Assembly: GCA_934215405.1 (NCBI GenBank)
Contig: CAKPZU010000001.1
Coordinates: 1 to 58,383, forward strand
DNA from: an uncultured Bacilli bacterium
GTDB lineage: Bacteria > Bacillota_I > Bacilli_A > RFN20 > CAG-631
Reading direction: 5' to 3'
Length of the DNA: 58,383 nt
The notes under the pieces were generated by a model. It was not told the origin of the DNA. It ran no database searches and saw only the letters and a list, made by a program, of their open reading frames with translations. Positions 11,015-21,181 of this stretch are shown here, piece by piece. The position numbers and the translations under genes are program-made. Numbering within the stretch: position 1 is the first letter of the stretch; each line of letters opens with the position of its first letter.

Positions 11015-11605
11015 ATGCAAGATTTTGAAATTCATAAGAAAAACTTTTTAGAGCAAAAATCACATTTAAAGTATTTAACAACATATGATTATTTGTTTTT
11101 AGGTGATTCATATTTTGAATTTTTCTTATATGAACAATATGCTGGCAAAAACACTTTCTTTAAGCATTTTGATAGAAAAAGATGCTTAAATTTAGGAGTG
11201 GCTGGCTCAACAATAAGTGATTGGCTTTATTATAAAGAGGCTTATTTAGATTTACCGAACTTTAAAAATATCTTTATAAATCTAGGATATAATGATTTAC
11301 ATGCTAATGTTAGTGCTTTAGATGTATTATGCCATCTAGAGGAGTTTATAAATTTATTAAGAAATAATTTTAAAATTGAAAATATTTATATTTTTGATGT
11401 TACCTATTCACCTTGTTTTAAGGAATATTATGAAATAGAAAAGGAATATAACACTTTATTAAGTAAAAAAGCTAAAGAATTAAATATTACAGTTTTATCC
11501 TTAAATGGCAAATATAACGGCCTTTGCTTTTATGAGGATTTAGCTCATCCAAATGAGCTTGGATATTTAAAATTTGCTAATATATTAAAAAGTATAATTA
11601 AATAA
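11015..11605 (+). CDS. SGNH/GDSL-family hydrolase (esterase)
   Basis: Blocks FLGDSYFE (GDS), GVAGSTI, GYNDL and DLAHPNELGY (DxxH). Confidence 0.7.
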   Translation: MQDFEIHKKNFLEQKSHLKYLTTYDYLFLGDSYFEFFLYEQYAGKNTFFKHFDRKRCLNLGVAGSTISDWLYYKEAYLDLPNFKNIFINLGYNDLHANVSALDVLCHLEEFINLLRNNFKIENIYIFDVTYSPCFKEYYEIEKEYNTLLSKKAKELNITVLSLNGKYNGLCFYEDLAHPNELGYLKFANILKSIIK

Positions 11606-11610
11606 TTAAA

Positions 11611-11651
11611 AAGCATTAGAAAATAGAAATTAAAATCTATCTCTAATGCTT
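11611..11651. terminator. Hairpin between convergent operons
   Basis: aagcattaga...tctaatgctt forms a 10-bp stem with a 21-nt loop between the + operon end (11605) and the rhaD end (11738). Confidence 0.35.
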
Positions 11652-11737
11652 TTATTTATAATAAAATAGCAAAGAATTTAATATAAAGATATATTTCCAC
11701 TAAGAAAAAAGCAGAAATAAATCTTGGCGCTTAATTA

Positions 11738-12529
11738 TTAATCAATAATACCGTGTCTATAATTGATTTTAAAAGCGTTGGCAATTTCAATTAGATTTGC
11801 ATTGCTAATTGATTGATAAATCTTTTTATCAAATACTTTCATATATATTTCTGCTGCTTTTTCAATGGTTTCAATTAAGCCAAATACTTCATCTAATGTT
11901 TTACCAGTACAGAATATTCCATGCTGTGCCCAAATAACACTTCGATATTCGCTCATTAATTTAGCAGTTTCAATACCAATTTTAACGCCTCCACATAAAA
12001 TCCATGGAAGAACAGCAACGCCTTCTGGAAATACAACGATACTTTCAGTTTGCATTTTCCATAGCTTTTCTGTAAAAAATTCAGATGATAAAGGACATAC
12101 ATGAGTCATACAAATAATATTTGTAGGATGACAATGGATTACTAAACGATGGGCACTATCTTGCTTTAATCTTTCAATATGACATTGAAGATGTGTTGGT
12201 GCTTCACTAGTTGGGCGACCACCATTTTCATATCCCCAAATTAGCCCAGCAGTATTCTTATCAATTATTTTTATGATTCCTAAATTTTCATTTGGAGCTT
12301 TAACCATATTTTTAAAATATGTACCGGTACCTGTAATAATAAAGTATTTGCCAATAATATCACTCATATCAAAGTCAAATGTAAATGTTCTTTTTATATC
12401 ATTAACATTGCAAACGCTTTTTACTTCATCTTCAGTTAAAATGTAAGATAAATTGCCACCATTTCTTTCATCCCAGCCATGCTTATATAATAAATCTAAG
12501 ATATCACTTACTTGTTCAATTACATTCAT
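11738..12529 (-). CDS. rhaD: Rhamnulose-1-phosphate aldolase
   Basis: HGWDERNGGNLSY, FIITGTGTYFKNM...NLGIIKI and PTSEAPTHLQCHIERLK match recalled E. coli RhaD blocks (KGWDERNGGNLTL, FIVTGSGKFFRNV, PTSELPAHFLSHCERIK). It is adjacent to rhaA and rhaB. Confidence 0.9.
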   Translation of the reverse strand: MNVIEQVSDILDLLYKHGWDERNGGNLSYILTEDEVKSVCNVNDIKRTFTFDFDMSDIIGKYFIITGTGTYFKNMVKAPNENLGIIKIIDKNTAGLIWGYENGGRPTSEAPTHLQCHIERLKQDSAHRLVIHCHPTNIICMTHVCPLSSEFFTEKLWKMQTESIVVFPEGVAVLPWILCGGVKIGIETAKLMSEYRSVIWAQHGIFCTGKTLDEVFGLIETIEKAAEIYMKVFDKKIYQSISNANLIEIANAFKINYRHGIID

Positions 12530-12530
12530 T

Positions 12531-13769
12531 TTAGTTACCTCTTTTGCTTAATACATTTTTTTCATAATCCATTACATCATTAAACCATTCTTCTTCGCTT
12601 TTAGCATTTTCGCGTAAGCAGTATTCATTCCAAACTTCACCCCAAGGTAATGTTTTTAATTCTTCTTGTAAAGCTAAAACCTTTGTGTGGTTTAATTCGT
12701 CTTGATATTTCTTTAATAATCCCCATGGGGTTAATAAAGCTTTTAATAAAGCTTTTTCCATATTTCTAGCACCAATTATTAAAGCAGCTACTCTATTAAT
12801 TGAAGCATCAAAATAATCAAGTCCAATGTAGCTTCTATCAAGCCCATTGCATTTTACTAATTCATCAGCAACGTCTTGTAAATCATCATTAAGCTTTAAT
12901 ACATGGTCACTATCCCATCTTACTGGACGAGAAACATGGAAGGCTAATCTATCATTAAATAAAAGCATAGATGAAATCTTATCAGCAACATTTTCTGTTG
13001 GATGGAAATGGCCAGTATCTAATAAGCATAGGATATTGTTTTTAATAGCATAGTTCATATAGAATTCATGAGAACCTACTGTATATGATTCAACACCAAT
13101 TCCAAACACCTTTGATTCAACAGCAACATCCATTACATTTTTATCATAATTATAGCCATGAAGAATTTGATCTAAGGAATTTTTTAAACGACTACGAGGT
13201 CCAATTCTATCGGCTGGGACATCTTTTAAGCCATCTGGAATCCAAATGTTCATTAATGATTTTTGGTGTAATTCTTTGCCAAAATATTCTGTTATTTTTA
13301 ATGAATTAATACAATGTGTAATCCAATAATCGCGAACATCTTTAATAGGTGATGATAAGCTCATATTGTCAACTAGCATAGGTGATGAGAAAATTGTTGG
13401 ATTGAAATCCAAACCTACATTATTTTTCTTGGCAAATTCTACCCATGGCTTAAATTGATGAGGTGTTATATCCTTTCTATCAACAATATCAAGGCATTGA
13501 TAATTAGCATGCAAATTAATTTTTTTGCTTCCTGGAATATATTTTAAAGCAAATTCTAAATCTTGTGTTAATTCAGCAAAATTACGAGCTTTATAAGGAT
13601 AATTACCAGTAGTTTGAATTCCACCAGTTAAAGATCCACTATTTTCAAAGCCATTAACATCATCAAGCTGCCAACAATGTAAGCTTATTTTAACATTCTT
13701 TAATTTTGTTAATACTTCGTCAACATCAATACCATATTTCTTATAAATATCAATTACTTCTTTTCGCAT
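12531..13769 (-). CDS. rhaA: L-rhamnose isomerase
   Basis: SLHCWQLDDVNGFE, LTGGIQTTGNYPYKARN, VESKVFGIGVESYTVGSHEFYM, DTGHFHPTE and HVSRPVRWDSDHV are near-identical to recalled RhaA blocks. Confidence 0.95.
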   Translation of the reverse strand: MRKEVIDIYKKYGIDVDEVLTKLKNVKISLHCWQLDDVNGFENSGSLTGGIQTTGNYPYKARNFAELTQDLEFALKYIPGSKKINLHANYQCLDIVDRKDITPHQFKPWVEFAKKNNVGLDFNPTIFSSPMLVDNMSLSSPIKDVRDYWITHCINSLKITEYFGKELHQKSLMNIWIPDGLKDVPADRIGPRSRLKNSLDQILHGYNYDKNVMDVAVESKVFGIGVESYTVGSHEFYMNYAIKNNILCLLDTGHFHPTENVADKISSMLLFNDRLAFHVSRPVRWDSDHVLKLNDDLQDVADELVKCNGLDRSYIGLDYFDASINRVAALIIGARNMEKALLKALLTPWGLLKKYQDELNHTKVLALQEELKTLPWGEVWNEYCLRENAKSEEEWFNDVMDYEKNVLSKRGN

Positions 13770-13770
13770 A

Positions 13771-15072
13771 TTAGTCCTCCATTTGTGATATTAAATTTCC
13801 TATTGCCGTAGCTTCAATTGGTAAAGCTATTACATTTTTCTTTGTAAATTCTTTTGTTAATTCATTTAAGTAAGTGTTTTTAGCTCCTCCACCTACAATA
13901 TATAAAGAATCATATTTTTTATTAGTTATATTTTCAAGCTCATCTAAAGCTATTCTATATGAATAAGCAAGGCTTCTATATGTTGCGTTAATGATGTCTT
14001 TATTTTCAATTGGTGGATTAATCTTTTTATTAACAAACCAATTAGTTATTTCATTTTTCATATCTAAACTTGAAAGAAAGCAAGAATCATTAACATCAAA
14101 TAATTCATTATATTTTGATTCTTTAGCCATATTAACCATTGTTACAAAATCAAGATTCATTTGCTTAGCTAAGCCTTGAATAATCCAAAGTCCCATAATA
14201 TTTTTTTGAAAGCGAATATATGTTGGGCCATATTCATTACTATAGTTAGCTTCCATAGCTTCTTTTGATGTGATAACATGATCTTCCTTTATTCCAAGCA
14301 AGCTCCATGTACCAGATGAAATATAAGGAGCATTTTCTTGCATTTGTATTCCTTCAACGGCTGAAGCTGTATCATGAGTTGAGCATAATTTTACTAAAAT
14401 ATTTCCTTTTACTTCTTCTTGAATCTCTTTTTTAAAGTTTCCAACGATTTCACCTTGTTTATATAATTCTTTGAATAAATTTTTATCAAAGCCTAATTTT
14501 TCAATAATTTTTGTCGAATAGCTATTAGTATCTTTATCCATCATGCCAGTTGTTGAAGCATTAGTATATTCATGTTTTTTTACACCAGTTAGCTTATACA
14601 TTAAATATTCAGGAATGAAAAGAAAATCTGTTGCATTACATAAGCGATTATTCTTCTTATCATCATATAGCTGATAAATAGTGTTAAATTCTTGAAATTG
14701 ACTTCCAGTTATTTCATATAATTTTTCAAAAGAAATTAATGAATGAACCTCATCAATGACTTTTTTAGTTCTTTTATCACGATAAGCATAGCATGGTAGT
14801 ATTTCTTTTTCATTATTCATTAAAACATAATCAACGCCCCAAGTATCTATACTCATTGATTCAATTGTCTTATATTTTTTTAAAGCAATTTTTATCCCGT
14901 TTTTAACTTCATTAAATAATGATGCAATATCCCACTGCAGATGATTAGCAACTTCTTTTACACCATTTTTGAAGCGATAAACCTCATCTAGCTTTAATAC
15001 ACCATTTTCTTTATAGCCAATTATATGTCTTCCAGATGATGCTCCAATATCAATTGCTAAATAATATTTCAT
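13771..15072 (-). CDS. rhaB: Rhamnulokinase (FGGY family)
   Basis: AIDIGASSGR, IDTWGVDYVL, YAYRDKRT, YTNASTTG, STHDTASAV, SSGTWSLLG, KNIMGLWIIQ and IVGGGAKNTYLN match RhaB blocks. It is the first gene of the rhaBAD operon. Confidence 0.9.
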   Translation of the reverse strand: MKYYLAIDIGASSGRHIIGYKENGVLKLDEVYRFKNGVKEVANHLQWDIASLFNEVKNGIKIALKKYKTIESMSIDTWGVDYVLMNNEKEILPCYAYRDKRTKKVIDEVHSLISFEKLYEITGSQFQEFNTIYQLYDDKKNNRLCNATDFLFIPEYLMYKLTGVKKHEYTNASTTGMMDKDTNSYSTKIIEKLGFDKNLFKELYKQGEIVGNFKKEIQEEVKGNILVKLCSTHDTASAVEGIQMQENAPYISSGTWSLLGIKEDHVITSKEAMEANYSNEYGPTYIRFQKNIMGLWIIQGLAKQMNLDFVTMVNMAKESKYNELFDVNDSCFLSSLDMKNEITNWFVNKKINPPIENKDIINATYRSLAYSYRIALDELENITNKKYDSLYIVGGGAKNTYLNELTKEFTKKNVIALPIEATAIGNLISQMED

Positions 15073-15135
15073 ATTATCACCTATTTTCTTTGATTCGCTA
15101 TTATATTACTATAATAATAAAGATTAATTCAATTG

Positions 15136-15156
15136 TTTTTTCAAAATTTGAAAAAA
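15136..15156. promoter_or_regulatory. Perfect 10+1+10 palindrome in the divergent rhaB / AraC intergenic region
   Basis: ttttttcaaa-a-tttgaaaaaa; every arm position pairs. It is AT-only, so its specificity is uncertain. Confidence 0.3.
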
Positions 15157-15306
15157 TGGTAAAAAAAAGTATATATTTAGTAAAAAAATGACATTTTTAA
15201 AGATATAAAATCCAGATTTTAAGTTGTTTTGATGTATAACCATGTGATAATATATTATTATAGAATTAACTAATTGACTGTAAAAAAGTATCAAAGGAGA
15301 GATAAT

Positions 15307-16260
15307 ATGCATCCTAAAACATTACCAAGCCATGAAACTAAAATATATTTAAACTCAGCTATTTTTAAGGATAATGAAGAGTTCGATTATGTGCGTTCTT
15401 ATTATCATAATAAGACAATGGGTTTTCCAATTTATATGCATCGCCATAATTTTTATGAGATTAATATAATTTATAAAGGGAGCGGCTATCATTATATAAA
15501 AGGGCAATGCTATGAAGCAAAGGAAGGGAGTGTTTTTATTATCCCACCAGATATAATTCATGGCTATTATACAGAAAACGAGGATACTTTTATAATATTG
15601 CATATTTTAATTCATCCTTTATTTATGGAACGCTATAAGAAGGAATTAAATAGTATGAGAGGATTTTCCATACTATTTGAAATTGAACCAAAGCTTAGAG
15701 AAAAAAATAAAAATGAATTTTTCTTAACGCTTTTACCTAGTCAAATAAATGATATCCAATTTTTAATTGATAAATTGGTTTGTGATAATGAAAGTTTTAA
15801 CGAAACAGAAAAAATAGATAGGATTGGAGCATTATTATCAATCATTAGTTATTTAACAGATAGCTTAGTAAAAAAGAACCAAATGATTATGGATAACGCT
15901 ATAAAAGCCAACGTTTTAGATTCAACATTTATTATTAAAACAATGGATTATATTAATAGTAATTATTATGAAAAGATAACTATTGATAAATTAGCATCAA
16001 TGGCCAATATGAGTAGAGCATCTTATATTCGTCATTTTGAAGCCTTAAATGGTAAAACATTGAACCAATATCTTACTAAAATAAGAATAAAAAATGCTTC
16101 AGATTTACTTTTAAATACAAATTTAACAATTACAGAGATTTCTATGCGTTGCGGTTTTTTTGACTCTTCTCACTTTTCAAAAATATTTAAAAAATACAAG
16201 TGCAAGCTTCCTCTTCAATATAGAGAGGAAAATAAGGATGCATTAAAAATAAACAACTAA
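15307..16260 (+). CDS. AraC/XylS-family regulator (RhaR/RhaS-like by context)
   Basis: The track start at 15274 is a TTG. ATG 15307 follows the RBS aaaggagag at good spacing. The protein has an N-terminal cupin-like domain and a C-terminal double HTH (MSRASYIRHFEALNGKTLNQYL..., CGFFDSSHFSKIFKKY). It is divergent from rhaBAD. Confidence 0.85.
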   Translation: MHPKTLPSHETKIYLNSAIFKDNEEFDYVRSYYHNKTMGFPIYMHRHNFYEINIIYKGSGYHYIKGQCYEAKEGSVFIIPPDIIHGYYTENEDTFIILHILIHPLFMERYKKELNSMRGFSILFEIEPKLREKNKNEFFLTLLPSQINDIQFLIDKLVCDNESFNETEKIDRIGALLSIISYLTDSLVKKNQMIMDNAIKANVLDSTFIIKTMDYINSNYYEKITIDKLASMANMSRASYIRHFEALNGKTLNQYLTKIRIKNASDLLLNTNLTITEISMRCGFFDSSHFSKIFKKYKCKLPLQYREENKDALKINN

Positions 16261-16471
16261 GCACTATTTTGTTTAATAAATAATTTTCCAATAATTTCCT
16301 TATTTTTATAAATGTATTAATTTTTCTTAAAAAAAAGTAAAATTATATTACTTTTCAGTTATGTGATACGATTATACAAAAAAACTAGTACATATATACT
16401 ATGATTTTATCAAATTCAAATGCTATAATCACAATATAAAATAATATTTCGTTTAAAACATAGGAGGAAAT

Positions 16472-18835
16472 ATGAAAAAAATTACAAATTTGTTACTATC
16501 TTTATTTGCTTTAACAATAGTTGGATGTGCTAATAATAATAGCAATAATGATAGTCAACCATCAGTTGAAGAATCATCTTCACAAGAAGAAGTAAAGGAA
16601 ATCACATTTGTTAATTTACCAACTAGTGATTTAAATGCAGAGCTTGGAGAAAAATGTGATATCCCAGAAGTTAGTGCTAAACGCGGTGAAAAGGAACTTG
16701 ATGTAAGTGTAGCTGTAAAAGATGCTAACAATAACGATGTTGAAGTTATTGGAAGAGGTACTAGATTTATAGCTGATAGTGTAGATGGCTATAAAATTAT
16801 TTACACAGCTAAAGATGAAATTGGTTCAAAAAGTACTGAAATTAAAGTTAATGTAAGTGATACAGTTGGACCAGAAGTAAAGTTTGATCAAGATGTTAGT
16901 AATATTTGCGTTGTTAAAGGAAGTATAGTAAGTATACCAACTCCAACTTGGGAGGATAATAGTGGAACTGTAAAGGAAAGCTCTTTTAAAGTAACATATA
17001 AAGGCCAAGAAGTAAAAGTTGAAAACAATCAATTTGTAGCTAGTGAATATGGTATATATAATATTGAATATACAGCTAGTGATAAAAACAATAATGTAGC
17101 AGTAAAAAACGTTAGCGTTGATTGTGCAAGAATGATATCATTAAATAATTTTAATGATTTATCATCAATATGGGCTAATGAAGATATTTCAGAATTGACA
17201 CCAGATCATGCAATTGAAGGTAATGCTTTTAAGGTTACTGGAAATAATGAGTGGAATGCTATTGCTGTGTATCCAACATATTATGATTTAAGTGGATTTG
17301 ATAGATTACAGCTTTCAATTTATGCTACAAAGGATATTGATACAGGCGAAGAAGGTTTTTATTTATTAAATCAAAGATATACATTATCTGAGGGACTAAA
17401 TGTTATAACAATTACTAAAGACGAATTTGCTTCTCAATATGAAAATGGAAAAATTCCATCTTCAAATCCAAAGTACTATGATAAACAATATATTTGGTTC
17501 CAATTAAAGTCTAATGGAGGGAGTATTTATTTAGATAATTTCGTTGGTATATTTGATAATTACGAAACTGATACTAAAAGTCCAATAATTGATTTTGGAA
17601 AAGCAATTGCTCATGATAAAACAACAGTTTTAGAAAAATCAAAGTTTATAGTACCAGAAGCAACAGCTTATGATAATAGCATGGAAGATATAAATATTAC
17701 TCACACTGTGTTTAATAAAAATGGCGATGATATAACAAGCCTTGTTGATAGTGGAAGCTATTTTGCTATAAAAGATGAAGAATATAGAATTGTATATTCT
17801 GCTACTGATTCAAGTAATAATACTACTTCAAAAACAGTGACTATAACAGTTGATCCAAAGGCTATAATTCCTGATTTAGATAAAGAGTTATACTTCCCAA
17901 GTGATCGTAAATACGATATATTAAACGATTTTGAAAATACAGGCGTTGACTGGTGCGTTGTTGATAAGGAATTCGTTAATGAGCATGTAATGAATGGTGA
18001 TGTTGCTTTAAGATTATCAACTACTAAAGCTGATCAATGTGTAGTTTTAAAATTATTAAAGAATGGTAATGTCCTTTCAAATGCTGATTTTGAAAAATAT
18101 GAAAAAATTCAAGTATATGTTTATTCAGATGCTCCAGGAGCTCGTTTTGATTTTTATGGAAGAATGTTTACATTAGAGGAAGGACCAAATGTAATAACTA
18201 TTACACCTCAAGAAATTTTAACTGAAATTGCAAAGGCTGATAATGTATATGATAGTACAGGGGGCTTTTATTTCCAAGCAACAACTGGAACAATGTATGT
18301 TGATGCTATAATTGGTGTTTATCCAGAAGGTTATAAGGAAGAAGAACCAAAGCCAATTGAAAAGCCCGATTCAATCATAAATTATTATCCAACAGATAGA
18401 AAATATGATGTACTTCAAGACTTTGAAACAGCAAGCTCAGTAGATACATGGTTCTTTAAGGATAGTGAAGGATTAAGTGACAAGTATTCTGTAAATGGTA
18501 AATCATTCCATATAACAGGTGATGGAAATTATGCAAAGCTTCCAATAATAATGCTAAAGAATGGACAAACATTAACAATGGAAGATTGGAGCAAATATGA
18601 ATCATTTAAAATAGCAATATATTCAGAAACAAGTGGAACAGTATTTTGCTTTTTAAGTAAAATATGCACATTAGAAGCAGGATATAATGTAATAACAATA
18701 TCAAAGGAAGATATGTTAGCACAATTAAACTCAAATCCAGAATGCTATGTAAATAACTATTTCTGGTGTCAAGTAAATGGAACAGGCGTATCACTATATA
18801 TTGATGAAATGGTAGGTATTTATCCAGAAAATTAA
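16472..18835 (+). CDS. Large surface lipoprotein with Ig-like repeats and three CBM-like modules
   Basis: RBS aggagg and lipobox IVGC. Three about 150-aa modules each contain L[ST]EG[LP]NVITI[TS] / LEAGYNVITIS. This is the first gene of ABC locus B. Confidence 0.8.
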   Translation: MKKITNLLLSLFALTIVGCANNNSNNDSQPSVEESSSQEEVKEITFVNLPTSDLNAELGEKCDIPEVSAKRGEKELDVSVAVKDANNNDVEVIGRGTRFIADSVDGYKIIYTAKDEIGSKSTEIKVNVSDTVGPEVKFDQDVSNICVVKGSIVSIPTPTWEDNSGTVKESSFKVTYKGQEVKVENNQFVASEYGIYNIEYTASDKNNNVAVKNVSVDCARMISLNNFNDLSSIWANEDISELTPDHAIEGNAFKVTGNNEWNAIAVYPTYYDLSGFDRLQLSIYATKDIDTGEEGFYLLNQRYTLSEGLNVITITKDEFASQYENGKIPSSNPKYYDKQYIWFQLKSNGGSIYLDNFVGIFDNYETDTKSPIIDFGKAIAHDKTTVLEKSKFIVPEATAYDNSMEDINITHTVFNKNGDDITSLVDSGSYFAIKDEEYRIVYSATDSSNNTTSKTVTITVDPKAIIPDLDKELYFPSDRKYDILNDFENTGVDWCVVDKEFVNEHVMNGDVALRLSTTKADQCVVLKLLKNGNVLSNADFEKYEKIQVYVYSDAPGARFDFYGRMFTLEEGPNVITITPQEILTEIAKADNVYDSTGGFYFQATTGTMYVDAIIGVYPEGYKEEEPKPIEKPDSIINYYPTDRKYDVLQDFETASSVDTWFFKDSEGLSDKYSVNGKSFHITGDGNYAKLPIIMLKNGQTLTMEDWSKYESFKIAIYSETSGTVFCFLSKICTLEAGYNVITISKEDMLAQLNSNPECYVNNYFWCQVNGTGVSLYIDEMVGIYPEN

Positions 18836-18860
18836 AAAAGTAAAAAAATAGGAGGTAACA

Positions 18861-19718
18861 ATGCAAACTAATCATAAAAAGATAAAAATGAAGGTTCAAC
18901 CATGGTTAATAATTGCCTTTATCTTATTACTTTTATATTCATTAACCATGCTAGCACCTATATACTTTGTGATTGTTAACTCTTTAAAAAGACCATCACA
19001 GTTTTTAGAAAACCCTTGGACAATATCTAATGTTATTTATTTAGCAAATTATAAAAATGTATTAACATTAAAAGCTGGCGGTACATCATTGCCGCACATG
19101 TATTTAAATACTATGATTCTAACGACAGCTGCAACCTTAATTAGTACTATTTCAACAACAATTACGGCTTATGTATTAGCCCGCTTTGATTTTAGAGGAA
19201 AAAAATTATTAGTTGCAGTTGGAATTGGAGCCATGCTCATTCCGGATTTAGGTTCAAGAGCAGTTATTTATAAAATGTATGTTGATTTACATATGATTGA
19301 CACATGGTGGATATTAATTCAATATGCTCAACCATTTGGTTTAATGTTTTTAATAACTTATAGCTTATATGTTAGCGTATCTAAAACATATGTAGAGGCA
19401 GCTAAAATAGATGGAGCTAGTGAAATGAGAATATTTTTACAAATTATGGTCCCTATGGGCAAAGGAGTAATAGGAATGACCATAGTTATGCAAGCAATTA
19501 GTGTATGGAATGATTTTTATACACCATATATGTATTTACCATCAGTTAAGACACTATCTCTTGGTATTCAAGAATTAGCAGAAGAAGTTGCAAGTACAGG
19601 AAACTACACAATTTTATATGCAGCAATGGTTTTAACGATGCTACCAATTTTAATTTTATTTATATGTATGAGAAAAACAATTATTAATAATGCTGTTGCC
19701 GGCGGAATAAAGGGCTAG
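18861..19718 (+). CDS. Carbohydrate ABC transporter permease (MalG-like)
   Basis: RBS aggagg; EAA loop VEAAKIDGASEMRIFLQIMVP; six TM segments. Confidence 0.85.
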   Translation: MQTNHKKIKMKVQPWLIIAFILLLLYSLTMLAPIYFVIVNSLKRPSQFLENPWTISNVIYLANYKNVLTLKAGGTSLPHMYLNTMILTTAATLISTISTTITAYVLARFDFRGKKLLVAVGIGAMLIPDLGSRAVIYKMYVDLHMIDTWWILIQYAQPFGLMFLITYSLYVSVSKTYVEAAKIDGASEMRIFLQIMVPMGKGVIGMTIVMQAISVWNDFYTPYMYLPSVKTLSLGIQELAEEVASTGNYTILYAAMVLTMLPILILFICMRKTIINNAVAGGIKG

Positions 19719-19726
19719 GAGGTATT

Positions 19727-21169
19727 ATGGAAAAGAACAAAAAAATTATTGCTTTAGTATTAGGTATAACTGCTAGTGTTTTAGGGTGTACATCAAATAA
19801 CAATAATGCTCATTCAGAAGTTAAAGAGCCTGAAATTCCCAACTTTGAGGCAAGTGATAGGTTCTTAATTGGTAATTGGGGAGTGCCACCACATGCTAAT
19901 ACTGGTTATTTAGAATATGAAAACAATCCTGATTATTGTAATATTACTGAATGGACTAAAATGAAAGATTGTGGCTTTAATGTTGCGGTTCCAACTAATG
20001 GTAATAGTAAAGAGGAAATATTAAGAGATCTTGATATGGCCAAGCAAGTAGATATGCAAATACTTGTTCGTGATAGAACATCATCTGGAATTGAATCTTT
20101 AATTAATTTAGCCTTTACTAAAGGCTATAATTATAAGCAAACACGTGAAGAATTAGATAAAAAGGCAAACGACATAAAAAGTCATATTGATGAATTTGTA
20201 AAATATGAATCATTTATGGGAATTAATGCTTATGATGAGCCAAGTATGGATTATTATGAAATAATTTCTGCTTGTCAGGATTGGTTTTTAATTAATTATC
20301 CTGAATATAAGTTCTATGTAAATTTATTGCCAGTTTATGCGACACCAAAGCAATTATATGGAGCAAGAGCAAATGAAGCTTTAACATATGCTGATTATGT
20401 AGCCCAATTTAGCAAGATTGTCAATCCATATTGCTTAAGCTATGACCATTATCCAATTTTAGCAGATTATGATGGGACAGCTTATATTAAAGAGGATTTC
20501 CTTTATAATTTAAATGAAGTAGCAACTCAAGCAAAAAAAGCTAAGGTTCCAGCATATATTTATGTGCAAACAATGGGCTTTTTCAATAATTTACCATTAT
20601 CTTCATATGAGGATTTTGCTTGGCAGGTTTATTCATCATTAGCCTTTGGCATGAAAGGTATATTGTGCTTCCAATATTGGACACAATTACAAGCTGAATA
20701 TCATAATAATGTTCGCCAAGGAATTGTTGAAAGAGATGGTACAATTAATCCTATTTATTATGAGGTTCAAAAGGTATTCAACAATATAAAATATATGGAA
20801 GATGTATATATGAGCTATACATGGGATGGTATAAAAACATATGAAGGTGGCCGTATCGTTAATGATATGTTTACAATGGTTAATAATCAGCTTGATTCTT
20901 TAAGCAATATAGGTAAGGTTGAAACAGACCAAGATATTATTATTGGCCAATTCTTAAAAAACAAAACTCAAGATAGCTATGCTTATATGGTTATGAATGC
21001 TTCATCACCATTTGTAAAAGAAAAAGCTAATGTCACATTAAAGTTTGAAGGCTATGATTATTGCTATATTGTTAAAAACGGTACAAGGGAATTAGTAAAG
21101 CTAGATAATCAAATATTAAGCTTACAAATTAATTCAAGCGAAGGAACATTCGTTATACCATTAAAATAG
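19727..21169 (+). CDS. Lipoprotein, TIM-barrel glycosidase-like (family not assignable by eye)
   Basis: RBS aggagg and lipobox VLGC. Blocks GNWGVPP, INAYDEPS, SYDHYPI and LCFQYW are present. It is the intact paralogue of the broken gene 36707..38061. Confidence 0.55.
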   Translation: MEKNKKIIALVLGITASVLGCTSNNNNAHSEVKEPEIPNFEASDRFLIGNWGVPPHANTGYLEYENNPDYCNITEWTKMKDCGFNVAVPTNGNSKEEILRDLDMAKQVDMQILVRDRTSSGIESLINLAFTKGYNYKQTREELDKKANDIKSHIDEFVKYESFMGINAYDEPSMDYYEIISACQDWFLINYPEYKFYVNLLPVYATPKQLYGARANEALTYADYVAQFSKIVNPYCLSYDHYPILADYDGTAYIKEDFLYNLNEVATQAKKAKVPAYIYVQTMGFFNNLPLSSYEDFAWQVYSSLAFGMKGILCFQYWTQLQAEYHNNVRQGIVERDGTINPIYYEVQKVFNNIKYMEDVYMSYTWDGIKTYEGGRIVNDMFTMVNNQLDSLSNIGKVETDQDIIIGQFLKNKTQDSYAYMVMNASSPFVKEKANVTLKFEGYDYCYIVKNGTRELVKLDNQILSLQINSSEGTFVIPLK

Positions 21170-21181
21170 GAGGATAAAAGC

